NCBI GenBank assembly: GCA_036476895.1
Contig: JAZGCJ010000341.1
Coordinates: 18,114-82,113 of the forward strand
From: Thermodesulfobacteriota bacterium
Lineage (GTDB): Bacteria > Desulfobacterota_D > UBA1144 > Nemesobacterales > JAZGCJ01
DNA length: 64,000 nucleotides
Direction of reading: 5' to 3'
Of this stretch, positions 1-10,170 are shown one piece after another; the first letter of the stretch is position 1, and each line of letters opens with the position of its first letter. Both the position numbers and the translations under genes were made by a program. The notes beneath the pieces are model-generated. The model was not told the origin of the DNA. It saw only the letters and a list, made by a program, of their open reading frames with translations, and searched no databases.

Positions 1-372
1 CTGTCTGTTTTATTCTTTTAACAATTTCATAAGCGAGAATTTTTGGTTTAGTTATCATTGTTATTGTCTCAATCATGCAAATCCTTAAAGCTGTCACAAA
101 AGGGGATATTTTGCACCGCAGAATTTTTTGTGGTGATTGAGACAGTAAACGTTCTTATTTTGATTTGAATTTCTTCAAGTGTGCATTGCATTTCGTTGTT
201 GAATTGGCATATATTCATACCACATTTTATTTTAGTCATTGTCTTTTTCCTCATTATAGTTAAATTTTCTTTTCATTTATTGTTTGTACTATTTGCCGAT
301 GCTGTATTATGAAATGTTACATGTCTATGCGTCATTGGAACAAAATGCCAACATATAGCACATCTATACCAA

Positions 373-1107
373 TTATAAATCATCGTTTTTTTCCTCATTG
401 TAGTTGAATTTTCTTAGTTCAAACCAGGCTTTAGATACCTTCGAGCCAATCCCTACTATTTCCTCAATCTCCTTTTTAGAGGCCATGTAAAAAGCATCCC
501 AGGTTCCGAACTGTTCCATTATCAAATGTGCTTTGTTCGGCCCAACATGAGGCAGTGTGGCAATCATTTGTTGCAATCTAAACTTGGGATTGGCATTAAC
601 CTTAGGTGTAAGAATTTCAGGAAAGCGAATCATAGCCCGTTCTGAGTTAAGTATCTTGGCTGCTGCGGATATCGCCCGTGCACTGTCCCATTGATCTGCC
701 GTAGTATATACAGAGATAGTTCCCTGCACTCCATCTATACTCCGAGCTAAACAACATCTCATTAAGGCATTATGAGCCCGTTCAAAATTAAAACCATGAG
801 CTATGCACATGCTTTTCAAATTCCCTTCCATCATAAAGATAGAATGATAAAAGGAAGCACTTGAACGATAACATTGTTCATTTAACAGGCCAGAGTTAAG
901 AGATTCAAAAAAATCAGTTGCTTTTCTCTCAATCGATAGATCTATTCGTCTTATTATTCCTTCTTCAATACCTGGAACAATATATCCATCGTAGATGTGG
1001 TAATCGCCTATTTTAATAGTTCCTCGTTTGACTAAATGTCCCTGTTCTTTCAAAAGGTTCGGTACTTTAGATCGATACTCGGTTTTGTCAGCTAAGATTA
1101 TAGCCAT
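373..1107 (-). CDS. XPF/Mus81/Hef-family structure-specific endonuclease (ERCC4 nuclease domain plus C-terminal tandem helix-hairpin-helix)
   Basis: 244-aa ORF. ERCC4 signature KIGDYHIYDG...IDLSIERKATDFFESL (GDx(n)ERKxxD). C-terminal HhH pair LPHVGPNKAHLIMEQFG...IVGIGSKVSKAWFE. Confidence 0.75.
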   Translation of the reverse strand: MAIILADKTEYRSKVPNLLKEQGHLVKRGTIKIGDYHIYDGYIVPGIEEGIIRRIDLSIERKATDFFESLNSGLLNEQCYRSSASFYHSIFMMEGNLKSMCIAHGFNFERAHNALMRCCLARSIDGVQGTISVYTTADQWDSARAISAAAKILNSERAMIRFPEILTPKVNANPKFRLQQMIATLPHVGPNKAHLIMEQFGTWDAFYMASKKEIEEIVGIGSKVSKAWFELRKFNYNEEKNDDL

Positions 1108-1108
1108 T

Positions 1109-3487
1109 TTATTTCACACCCAGTGAATCAAATAACGAACTTTGTCCTAGGATCCTGTTCCAATGATATCCAGCCACCTGTAAAATTAATTCGATTGGAC
1201 TTTTAATTGTTCGTTCAATGATCTTTGTGTAATTGGGGATTATTTTGGGTAGTTTCTTCTCATCATAATAACAAAGGATATCAGTTGCTGGATAACCCTT
1301 TACTTCTTTTACGAATAACATTTTTATTCTATCTCCCTGTCCGAATTTCCAGCCAAAGTTCTTTGCGGAATAGATACAACCTCTCTTTTGAAGGTTGTTA
1401 CCTTTGTATTCATTAAGTTCTTTTCCCAGGTTCATAGCTATGCAAATCTCATCGTAGGAGTATTTACCATTTTTAATATCTAGAATCAGTTTTTGCACCC
1501 GTTTGACAAACGGTTCAATATTATCATTGAACACAGCTTTGAAGCATTCTGATTGAAGTTCTTTAGTAATCTTTGAAGAGTCACTCCGAACAGCTTCAAA
1601 GCCTTTAATTATAGTGTATGGAGTGTCTAATTCGATTCCATCCTTTTCTATAACCAACATTGCATATTTAGTTCGTGCCCCATCGTCTTTTCGTTTTCCT
1701 AGTCTTGATTTAGCTGGTGTGAATAGAACTTTTGAGGCATAGGATTCAAATTTAATTTCCCATAACGTTTCTACACCTTCATTCTCTTGATAAGCCTTTA
1801 AAGCTTTATTAAGGGCATCTTGAATCATTGAAGCCTCATCTCTACCGCATGCTACCATGATGGAATCGGTGTGGCCATAAATGACACGGTAACCTAGTTT
1901 CTCACTTTCTGTTTTGAGTAATCGTAAACCGTCCATGGCCTTGGCCACCATCTTAGCTACTTGTTTAGAACTATACAAACGAAAGTTAGGATAGGCACAG
2001 GCTCCATAAACTGCGTTTAACAAGAATTTGGCGTTGTCTCGATGAATTTTTTGGAGTTTGTACTCTTCTGTATCCGGCCCCACTGTTTCTAGGATTTCCT
2101 GTAGTTTGTCATCTTCCTTAGCTCGATTATCAATCAAGACTTTAGCAATCCAGTACAAGATCCCTTTTGGCTTTTTTAATCGTTCTTCAGTTGTTAATCC
2201 TTCAAACTCCGGACTGAAGTTATAAGCCATGATTGTTAAAGGAAAGAACCTAGAAAAATCAAACAAGGCTATATTATTGTAAATTCCCGGTGTTGGAGGG
2301 AAATTAATGGCTGCTGGATAAGTTTCATGTTTGCGTTTCACAGCAGTGGGTAAAATTACGTTCAAAGGAGAATTAAACTGTCCCTGTGCCACACGTAAGG
2401 CAATCGCATCTATAACGTGTGTGTTAGAAAGTGATTCAGCTATGTCATATTGGCCACAGGCATCCTTCCGCCCAGTAAAGGCTAAATCAATACCATATCT
2501 CTTGATTAGTTCCACGCAAATGAAAACATCAAAGCAATTATATAATATTAAGTCGTCATGGAGAGAACTGTCTTTATAATAGATTGGATCAAATTCGTCC
2601 ATGACAAGCTCATCCTTATCGAGTATTTCCTCTTCGATTGCTACAAACTTGAGTTTTTTGCCTAAATTTTTCTGTGCAACCTTCGGAAAAAATAGCATTA
2701 TATCGAAAGGCATCATTCCACGTAGATTAATTTTGATGTCTAAGAAGGCCGCTCTAGCCACCAGGTTGTCAATGTCAAAATCCACATTCCAACCGGCAAT
2801 TAAGGTTGGTTGCAATTGTTCTAAATACAATTTAATCGATAAGATCAAGTTAATTTCTTTTTCAAAGCGAATCACAAGCCAGTTCTCAATTTTATCTTTG
2901 TACTTGCGTTTTACAGCTTTTTGATCATAACCAGCTAAGAAGTAGGTAATGTAGGTTTCTAAGCGATTGTCAAAAACGGTTGCTGAGATAATTGTAAAAA
3001 CCGGGTTCTTAGGATTGGGTAATTCTTCTGCATCCATCTCTAGGTCGATTACAGAATACAATGGACGGGATGTATAGTCAATCGGAGCTAATTGATTATG
3101 ATTGATTTGTTTTTTTTCTATATTATTAAAAGTTCCCCCAATTGTAAAGCCTGATCGGATACCCATATCAATTATAAACCTGAGAACGTACCGAATATCA
3201 GCTTCCCATGTTCGTTCAAACAGTCTATCATCACGTAATTGCTTGACTTGCAGCGGATCATGAGTAAAAACACGTTTTAATTTATTGCCCCAAAGATCTA
3301 TAAACTCACCCTCTTCCACACGTTTGATTCGGGGATCTTCAGGAACCGTTTCATGTTCTAAAATGTAAAAGTAGGGTTCGAAGCCTGTGACCTCAAATTG
3401 ATATCGAGTCTTTAGATCTTGGCGGGCCCATACTACGATGCTTCGGTTATAATGGTTATATTGTCCCGTTTCAAATTGGTATGCCAT
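1109..3487 (-). CDS. polB: Family B DNA polymerase (3'-5' exonuclease + polymerase)
   Basis: 792 aa. Exo I VIDLEMD, Exo II YNCFDVFI, Pol motif A DFSRFFPLTIMAYN, motif B KFLLNAVYG, motif C IYGHTDSIMV. Confidence 0.9.
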   Translation of the reverse strand: MAYQFETGQYNHYNRSIVVWARQDLKTRYQFEVTGFEPYFYILEHETVPEDPRIKRVEEGEFIDLWGNKLKRVFTHDPLQVKQLRDDRLFERTWEADIRYVLRFIIDMGIRSGFTIGGTFNNIEKKQINHNQLAPIDYTSRPLYSVIDLEMDAEELPNPKNPVFTIISATVFDNRLETYITYFLAGYDQKAVKRKYKDKIENWLVIRFEKEINLILSIKLYLEQLQPTLIAGWNVDFDIDNLVARAAFLDIKINLRGMMPFDIMLFFPKVAQKNLGKKLKFVAIEEEILDKDELVMDEFDPIYYKDSSLHDDLILYNCFDVFICVELIKRYGIDLAFTGRKDACGQYDIAESLSNTHVIDAIALRVAQGQFNSPLNVILPTAVKRKHETYPAAINFPPTPGIYNNIALFDFSRFFPLTIMAYNFSPEFEGLTTEERLKKPKGILYWIAKVLIDNRAKEDDKLQEILETVGPDTEEYKLQKIHRDNAKFLLNAVYGACAYPNFRLYSSKQVAKMVAKAMDGLRLLKTESEKLGYRVIYGHTDSIMVACGRDEASMIQDALNKALKAYQENEGVETLWEIKFESYASKVLFTPAKSRLGKRKDDGARTKYAMLVIEKDGIELDTPYTIIKGFEAVRSDSSKITKELQSECFKAVFNDNIEPFVKRVQKLILDIKNGKYSYDEICIAMNLGKELNEYKGNNLQKRGCIYSAKNFGWKFGQGDRIKMLFVKEVKGYPATDILCYYDEKKLPKIIPNYTKIIERTIKSPIELILQVAGYHWNRILGQSSLFDSLGVK

Positions 3488-3496
3488 AAATCTGTA

Positions 3497-3853
3497 TCAC
3501 TCAGCAAAGATTAATGTCCTTAAGATATAGTATATTTCTTCTGGTAAAAACGGATATTTTTCACGTACAGCATTTCCATGATTTGATTCCATATCAATAA
3601 TCACCACATCAGACTTAGTTCTCTCAACTATTAAGGTTTGAGGGTAAAAAGTGAAATAATTAGTATATTTAGAACCAGAATATTTATATGATTCATTTTC
3701 CAAATCTTCAAGCCAAATCTCCCTTAGAACGGTTATATCTACAATGGTACTTCTAAATTCTGGTACTAATACAGAACAGTTAGTAATACATGGATCTTTT
3801 CTGCAATACTCACAGAACTGCTTTTCTGAAGTGACTTTCAATAGTGTCTGCAT
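3497..3853 (-). CDS. hypothetical Cys-rich protein (replication module)
   Basis: 118-aa ORF packed between polB and primase on the same strand. CxxC pair near the N-terminus. Confidence 0.4.
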   Translation of the reverse strand: MQTLLKVTSEKQFCEYCRKDPCITNCSVLVPEFRSTIVDITVLREIWLEDLENESYKYSGSKYTNYFTFYPQTLIVERTKSDVVIIDMESNHGNAVREKYPFLPEEIYYILRTLIFAE

Positions 3854-3990
3854 CTCACAAAATAATCATTGATTATATAGAGTTCTAATCTCCCATTCTT
3901 GATTTAATTCACATTCTGAAGAACAAAACAGTATATTTTCTGAAAATTCTATTGGTTTAAAGCAATATTTACATTTTTGTGTTATTTTTT

Positions 3991-4995
3991 TTAATAATGT
4001 CTGCACCCCGGAAAGTGAATGTTATATTTCATTAAGGTGGTATTCTTCATTGGCTTTTTCCCCTCAAGGCTTTTCAAGTGCTTTCGGGTGATGTCCTCAT
4101 CCCAATCAAACCAACCTATCTTACGGAATAGGCTTACAATTTGTTCAAGCCCAAAACTAGCAAAGAGTTCTAAGGCAGCGGCTACCCTGACCATATGCCT
4201 GGGATTCCAGCGTACAATGTGATTCAGGATACATGGTCTAATATATTGACCTAATAACAAACCTACCGGAACAGGAACCACTACTTCTCCTTCATCTTCA
4301 AAATTATCGCTTATTTGTCCTCTATAAATTTTCTTTGGTCGGTCTGGGAAAACCTTTTCAGGCTCAATGTGGTCAAACTCTTCAAAGTCTGGAAGGGTAC
4401 AATTTTCATAATCATAGTATTTAGGTTTATTTAATAGACCTTTGATTTGGCTTTCGTTGAGCTTATGAAAGTCAGGTGGTAAGTATGTGCAATATTTTAC
4501 GTTTTTTGGGGGTCGGCTAGAAGCAGGGATGCGTGTCATTTGTCTGATATCCCCAATCACACTGGTATCTACTTCTTTAGGTAATTTTTTAAGTACTAAG
4601 TTGATTAGACCCAATGCAGCCCGTTCCAGTGTTTTTTTTCGTTCCTGTTCGTCATCGATAACAGTCTTTTTAAATCTCACATACAGATGATACCCTTTTT
4701 TTCCCGATGCCACAGGAATAACACAAAATCCATAATCTATCCATGTTGTGTATAGGTATTTTGCCAGCAAGAAAGAACGTCCAAGATCAAGATCAAAAAA
4801 GACCTTATCAATGGTTTTGTTGTTCCCAAAGACCCCAATAAGTAAATTATGCATTCCTAGATTAGACTCAAAAAATAAATTTAATTCCTGTCGGCTCTTT
4901 ACCACCCTTCGTTGTGGAATCCCAACGTCCCGAGGACTAGTTGGTGTTACAGGAAATAAGCTATGAGTAATGGTGTGAAGTGCCACAATACTCAC
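3991..4995 (-). CDS. Archaeo-eukaryotic primase (AEP / PrimPol-like)
   Basis: AEP motif I VFFDLDL, motif II SGKKGYHLYV, motif III GDIRQMTRIPASSRP. 334 aa. Confidence 0.75.
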   Translation of the reverse strand: MSIVALHTITHSLFPVTPTSPRDVGIPQRRVVKSRQELNLFFESNLGMHNLLIGVFGNNKTIDKVFFDLDLGRSFLLAKYLYTTWIDYGFCVIPVASGKKGYHLYVRFKKTVIDDEQERKKTLERAALGLINLVLKKLPKEVDTSVIGDIRQMTRIPASSRPPKNVKYCTYLPPDFHKLNESQIKGLLNKPKYYDYENCTLPDFEEFDHIEPEKVFPDRPKKIYRGQISDNFEDEGEVVVPVPVGLLLGQYIRPCILNHIVRWNPRHMVRVAAALELFASFGLEQIVSLFRKIGWFDWDEDITRKHLKSLEGKKPMKNTTLMKYNIHFPGCRHY

Positions 4996-5915
4996 TCCAC
5001 GTTGGAGGGTTCTTCTGGTTCATCCTCTTCTTGTTCTGCAGTGTTTTCCATTGGAGCCATGAGGAAAGTAAATTTGGATTTTTCCGACTCAAAAATAACT
5101 CTAACAGCCCCTTCGTGATTATAGTGTAATTTTACATTATTTTGTAAATCTAGTTTTGTTAGATGTTCTAAATTTTCCAGGTCATAAGTAGATGCAATTG
5201 TTTTTTCTAAGCCATTCAAAGAAATGGATTCAATCTCATTAACCTCGTTTCCTTTTAGTCTTACCTTCACATCCGCTGCAACCGAACTTTCTGAACCACT
5301 AAGCAAACTAAAATTAACTTTTTTATCATCCAAAGTTTCTATGTGAATGTATCTTGTAGATTCATCTCCTACGTGGAGATCTTCTAATATTGTCTTGTAT
5401 CCTCCTCTTGTAAAGATAAGTTCACAATTCATTTCTTTTGTTAGGGCTACATTGGCCAATTTTTGTGTATGTTTGTAATCTATAGAATCTGAAGTTTCAC
5501 TATGCAATCTTAATCTGTAAGTTCGACTTCTTGAGGAATTAATGGATTGTATAGAGAGAGTTGCTCTTGAATCACCAGATGAGGCTTTTATTGTAACAAT
5601 GTCATCCGTTTGAGCTTTGGCTAAAATATCTTTGAGATCTTTTAAGTCTAACCAAAGAACAATATCTTCATCTACCTTTAAATCTGAAAACGCATCAGCT
5701 TCAAAGCTAAATTGGAAGAACATGGCTCCTGAACTTTCCATTGTGACACAGACACATCCCTGTTCTGAAAAGGCAAAGGGTTGTGTTCCACCTACAAAAG
5801 AGAGCAATCTTTCGACATAATTTTTTAATTCTTTTACTGTTCCGTTTTTAAATGTTGCTAACATAGTTTTTTCCTCATTGATTTTTATATTTTGTACTTC
5901 TGGAGTATTTCCCAT
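4992..5915 (-). CDS. PCNA-like sliding clamp
   Basis: 307 aa, two-domain size. C-terminus KFTFLMAPMENTAEQEEDEPEE resembles the PCNA C-terminus (..YYLAPKIEDEE). Operonic with primase and ATPase. Confidence 0.5.
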   Translation of the reverse strand: MGNTPEVQNIKINEEKTMLATFKNGTVKELKNYVERLLSFVGGTQPFAFSEQGCVCVTMESSGAMFFQFSFEADAFSDLKVDEDIVLWLDLKDLKDILAKAQTDDIVTIKASSGDSRATLSIQSINSSRSRTYRLRLHSETSDSIDYKHTQKLANVALTKEMNCELIFTRGGYKTILEDLHVGDESTRYIHIETLDDKKVNFSLLSGSESSVAADVKVRLKGNEVNEIESISLNGLEKTIASTYDLENLEHLTKLDLQNNVKLHYNHEGAVRVIFESEKSKFTFLMAPMENTAEQEEDEPEEPSNVE

Positions 5916-7195
5916 CCTCTAGGTGATTGATTATCGGGTGTTGTGATATCAACCGTCTTTCCGTTTTTGTAACCCCGTTTCATGGATTCTGTGTAAACAT
6001 AATATTTATTTTCATTTTCGCTTTCTTCATAGAAAACTTCGACAAGGTTTTGAGTGTTCTTTTCAATGGCATCCTTCCATCGGGGCTTCTTTGTCTTTTC
6101 ACTTTTCCCAAATCGTTTGATTGTTTCTTCAATAAATGGATAAGTAGTATAAATCACGCCTTGCTTAGCTACGGCATAACTTTTGGCATGGAGCTGTTTT
6201 AAAAACATATTCCGTGTTTTCCAGTATGCAAACTCGCTAAACCCTTCTGACATTTTCAAATTATGATAATACCGCATAGCGTTTTCGGCATATTCCATAT
6301 ATACTTCGACATTATCCAAAATAACCCGATCAACACCACCATTCTTTTTGACATCGTTCATGACCTCATTCACATATCCCATAATGCGATTGCTACTTTC
6401 AAGGAAAGTTATTGGATCATCAAAGTCAGCTAAACTTGTCACATCAACAATTTTAATGCGAGGGTCACAATTAAACTGCTGTTCCCACACAATAGATGAT
6501 GTTTCATCAAATTGAACCACAACCAATTCGCCAGGGAACGACATAGCAAGTGAAGTTTTGCCAGAGCCCTTACTCCCATAGATTGTCCAAACATCACCTT
6601 TAGGAACATCTTCTGGGGTCATATACTTAATTGGAGGAACATCAGTTACTATGGCCTTGGCAAAGGGTGGAGTTTTGACTGCTTTTGTTGCCCTGCGTGA
6701 GGGAGGTTTTTCTGTAGGAGATTCTATGACTTCAGGTTCATCAGATTGTTGAGGCTTCTTTTTTACTTTCTTTTTTGTGGACTTCGGTTGAACTACTGTA
6801 TTTTCTAAGAAAGAATTAACCTCTTTTTCGTTGGTTGTTGTTTTCATTGGTTTTTTCTTTGTTGAGGTCGCTTTTGCAGCTTCAGTTTCTATGTCCTGAG
6901 TAACCAACATGATAGCAGCTTTCCTTGAGATTGCACCGTTGGATTCATCAATTTTCATCTCAATTAGTTTATTTATTGTATCAGCTTTATCGGGGCCAAT
7001 GACAGAGGTTAATTTATTTAGTAATTCATCCTCTTGCATTGGGTCTTTCTTTTTGACCTTCTTAGGTTCTTTCTTAGTTGGTTTTTTTCGTGGCTTCTCA
7101 GGTTCCTTGGGAGGCTCCTTTTGTGGTTCCTGGTCTTTATCCTCTTCAAAGAACTCGTTTATAACATTACCATACTTTTTCCGACTATCACTCAT
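5885..7195 (-). CDS. AAA_24/Sak4-like RecA-fold ATPase with Lys/Glu-rich N-terminal extension
   Basis: Walker A WTIYGSKGSGKTSLAMSF, Walker B-like VVVQFDE. About 200-aa low-complexity K/E/P-rich N-terminus. Confidence 0.5.
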   Translation of the reverse strand: MSDSRKKYGNVINEFFEEDKDQEPQKEPPKEPEKPRKKPTKKEPKKVKKKDPMQEDELLNKLTSVIGPDKADTINKLIEMKIDESNGAISRKAAIMLVTQDIETEAAKATSTKKKPMKTTTNEKEVNSFLENTVVQPKSTKKKVKKKPQQSDEPEVIESPTEKPPSRRATKAVKTPPFAKAIVTDVPPIKYMTPEDVPKGDVWTIYGSKGSGKTSLAMSFPGELVVVQFDETSSIVWEQQFNCDPRIKIVDVTSLADFDDPITFLESSNRIMGYVNEVMNDVKKNGGVDRVILDNVEVYMEYAENAMRYYHNLKMSEGFSEFAYWKTRNMFLKQLHAKSYAVAKQGVIYTTYPFIEETIKRFGKSEKTKKPRWKDAIEKNTQNLVEVFYEESENENKYYVYTESMKRGYKNGKTVDITTPDNQSPRGWEILQKYKI

Positions 7196-8142
7196 TCTTC
7201 TTCCTCCTCAGGGGGCGTGTAAATTGGATACACAAGATAGGCATTCATTACAGCCTGCTCCTCTCGTTCGGGGTACTGATCTGTGGCAGGCCGTTCCGGG
7301 GAAATGGATGTTGGACCATAAAAGTCAAGGTAAGATGTTTTTGGATACACCGCCATATCATGTGGGGTATATATAGTGAAATTCTTATCAGTGTATTCTC
7401 CGTCCTCGCTTACTTCCACTTTTCTTAGGTATGCAAGGTTACCATCTGACACCATATAAGTTCCAGATTTCTGTCCTGTTTCTCTATCTACTCTTTGAAA
7501 AACCCGCATTACAGTTGCTCGAATGTGGAACCAGTCACTTTTCACGGCCCATTCTCCATCTAGTTCGGAGATATACAAATAGTCATCATCATCATCGGTA
7601 TCCATGGCCTTATCTAAAGAGGGCAATCGGGTAATATTTAATTTTTTGATAACCTCTTTTATTCCGCCATTGACTTGGGTTGGTTTTTCCCACTTCATCC
7701 GGTCATCCAGGAACATTCCCTTATCCGAACTATTAACTAAGATGTCATATTTCATTCCTAGTGACATCTTTTCAAGTCGCTTATGACTCTTCTTACCCTT
7801 GGTTCTAATTTCTTGAATGTTCCGACTTCTCCCACTTGTCTGAGTATAAAAAATTGTGCTCCAGTCAGAGCGTTCCTCAGTCTTCCCAATCATTATCCCC
7901 GAAACGGTGTCCGGCAACCCCCGAGCTGCCTTGGAATCGATATGCTTCTCAAAAAGTGTAGTAACAGTATGGGAATGTAATTCTTCCCTACTTTCAAAGA
8001 CATCTTCTAAATCATCGAATAGATCCTTATACTCTTTTAGAAGTGTTTTAAAATGAATTTCATCGGGTTTACCATCTCCCCTGCTCAATTTCTGAGCAAT
8101 GAGATCTAATTTTTCAACTGAGTCATCTGGTATGTTATCCAT
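7192..8142 (-). CDS. hypothetical protein with acidic C-terminal tail (possible ssDNA-binding protein)
   Basis: 316 aa ending ...YTPPEEEEE. Sits in the replication operon. The SSB call is inferred only from the acidic tail and the context. Confidence 0.3.
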   Translation of the reverse strand: MDNIPDDSVEKLDLIAQKLSRGDGKPDEIHFKTLLKEYKDLFDDLEDVFESREELHSHTVTTLFEKHIDSKAARGLPDTVSGIMIGKTEERSDWSTIFYTQTSGRSRNIQEIRTKGKKSHKRLEKMSLGMKYDILVNSSDKGMFLDDRMKWEKPTQVNGGIKEVIKKLNITRLPSLDKAMDTDDDDDYLYISELDGEWAVKSDWFHIRATVMRVFQRVDRETGQKSGTYMVSDGNLAYLRKVEVSEDGEYTDKNFTIYTPHDMAVYPKTSYLDFYGPTSISPERPATDQYPEREEQAVMNAYLVYPIYTPPEEEEE

Positions 8143-8149
8143 TATATAT

Positions 8150-8314
8150 TCACGTCTCTTTTGGCCAATATTCCAAATGATCGGGAAATTTCTTGACTAC
8201 GAGTTTATTCCCAGGAGTGAGCTTATATTTTCGGGCCCAATCTACAGGGACCGTTACTCTAAAGCTATTCTTCCCTGAACTTGTCACAGAAACCTCTGTT
8301 TCACCATAGCTCAT
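8150..8314 (-). CDS. AbrB/SpoVT-like (swapped-hairpin) small DNA-binding regulator
   Basis: Unlisted 54-aa ORF MSYGETEVSVTSSGKNSFRVTVPVDWARKYKLTPGNKLVVKKF..., AbrB/MazE-like pattern (tVPkeiRekl.l.pGd.l.v). It is the first gene of the minus-strand replication operon, next to the divergent promoter region. Confidence 0.4.
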   Translation of the reverse strand: MSYGETEVSVTSSGKNSFRVTVPVDWARKYKLTPGNKLVVKKFPDHLEYWPKET

Positions 8315-8525
8315 ATTTTATTCCTCTTCAAACTGCATTGATTACACATACAGTTAATTTGGTTTATTTGGTTCACTAAAAGGTAGATTAGCTTTTTCAA
8401 TTTGCCTTTAAAAATGTACAGGGTAACCTAAAACTGAACCTGTCAGCAGTTTTTAGAAAATCTTTTTTAAGTGAATGCATTGACAATCCATTCAAATTAG
8501 TTTTTTTGTTTGATATGGTGTTATT

Positions 8526-9548
8526 ATGGAAGTTGTTCTGCATAAAGTATCCTATGAGCCTGAGAAGGTTGAAAAAAGCGTAATTGAAAAAACCCTCGAG
8601 GAATTTGATAGGATTTATCCTCCACTAGCTTCTGAGGATCAATTCATAAAGAAATATTGTGCGGTTCACAATCATTTTACATTTCAACGTCATCCCTATA
8701 TGGACGAACGGCTTAAGAAGAGATTAACTACTGCCACAGGCCAAAGCATTATTTTTGTCAAGTCAGTTCCTGCGAGTACGCCTAGTGGTTGGTTACCTAC
8801 TTATGACGGGTTCAGTGGTTACTTGTTTAGGAAAGGTAGACGTGGTGGAGTAACGAAATTCAATAATGGATCACTTCAGACAAACAAAATTTCAATAGAG
8901 GACAGTTTTGCTAACCAACACAAAAACATCATTGCTAGAACGGCTAAAGAAGTCTTTGGGCCTTTGAAAAGTAATGTCAAATATATTTCAATGGAAAAAG
9001 GAGGCCAAATGGAAAGGACTCTGAAATTGGAAACTCTTAAAGGAGATAGACACGTAAGAACCTATAAAAAGTTAAACGATGCAGTTAAAAATTCCAGAGC
9101 AGGTTTGAAATCTCCTGTCCTTGGAGAACCGAATATTCAGAAGTTCGAGGATCTGGTCAATACTCGGATTGCAGAAAAACAAACAGCAATTACTGAAAGA
9201 GACTCCGAGAGAGAAGCCGCTGCTGCTGAACGTGTTAGGGCAGAAATGGTACGGCAGGCTGCAGAGCGTGAAAAATTATTTCAACGAGGGAAGAAACTTA
9301 CTGAAAAGGCAAAAAATACAGTTACGAACATGAAGAGTCAAATTGGTAGTGCTGTTTCTCAATTTGAAACTAATTTAAGAAAGAAACAAGATTCCTTAAA
9401 TCAAGCAGTAAAGGATATTGAAAATAATCTTAGGGATATCCCTGAATTAACACCAATGCATAATCAACTTCAGCGTTTACAAGTTGTCTTATTAACAGCC
9501 AAGGATGACATATTAAGAACCAGAAAAATCCTTGCTAGTGTTCGTTAG
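8526..9548 (+). CDS. coiled-coil protein, unknown function
   Basis: 340-aa ORF with an ATG at 8526. C-terminal half rich in E/R/K/Q heptad-like sequence. Followed by a hairpin and T/A runs. Confidence 0.5.
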   Translation: MEVVLHKVSYEPEKVEKSVIEKTLEEFDRIYPPLASEDQFIKKYCAVHNHFTFQRHPYMDERLKKRLTTATGQSIIFVKSVPASTPSGWLPTYDGFSGYLFRKGRRGGVTKFNNGSLQTNKISIEDSFANQHKNIIARTAKEVFGPLKSNVKYISMEKGGQMERTLKLETLKGDRHVRTYKKLNDAVKNSRAGLKSPVLGEPNIQKFEDLVNTRIAEKQTAITERDSEREAAAAERVRAEMVRQAAEREKLFQRGKKLTEKAKNTVTNMKSQIGSAVSQFETNLRKKQDSLNQAVKDIENNLRDIPELTPMHNQLQRLQVVLLTAKDDILRTRKILASVR

Positions 9549-9600
9549 GCCAAAAAAAAAGGAAGCCAATCAAACCAAAAGGTCCGATTAACTTCCGTTT

Positions 9601-10032
9601 TTAAAAGTTTTTAAAAGTTTTTAACATTGTCTGAACGAATGTAAAGTATCCATTGGGTGAGGTTTTCACTAACATATCATTAAAGGTACATCTAACTGCT
9701 TTATCTGGTAAGATATCCATAGTCGTTTCATCTACATAAAAGAGAGAGTGTTCTGTGACTTTATAGGTCTCTGCAGGGAAAATAGTTGTATGAGCACGAA
9801 ACTCATAATAGTTTATTGCTTTGCCAGACAGATTATAAAAAATAAAATCTTTTCTGTCAGGGTATTCAATTTCCCGTTCATCCCCTGTAAAGGCTTTGTT
9901 CCATTTTTTGACACTCTTTAGGATAGGTGATTTAGCATCTATTAAGACATATTTTGACAACCCGTTCCCAAAAGAAACGCCAATATATTTGTTCACACGT
10001 TCCAGGTCTTCAAAAAATATTTGTTGTTGCAT
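9601..10032 (-). CDS. hypothetical protein
   Basis: 143-aa ORF. Its upstream region carries a conserved promoter (AATGCATTGA box, acttataaagtc TATA-like box) and a GGAG 7 nt before the ATG. Confidence 0.45.
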   Translation of the reverse strand: MQQQIFFEDLERVNKYIGVSFGNGLSKYVLIDAKSPILKSVKKWNKAFTGDEREIEYPDRKDFIFYNLSGKAINYYEFRAHTTIFPAETYKVTEHSLFYVDETTMDILPDKAVRCTFNDMLVKTSPNGYFTFVQTMLKTFKNF

Positions 10033-10170
10033 GATAATCTCCTCGAGATTTCAATAAGTACATTATTGTTTCGAGACTTTATAAGTCTGACCAATTTGAT
10101 ATCAATGCATTGACGGAAGATACAAAAGTATTTAAAGTCTGGAATGTAATATATTACTTGTGAACAAATA

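Noticed and set aside
1225-2924. + strand ORFs (1225..1416, 2331..2579, 2601..2924) antisense to the DNA polymerase gene, and similar antisense ORFs inside other large genes (for example 6909..7376, 42495..42818, 43485..43745, 44107..44415, 48710..49048)
   Set aside because: They lie entirely within strongly supported genes on the opposite strand and have low-complexity or hydrophobic junk-like translations. They are judged spurious.
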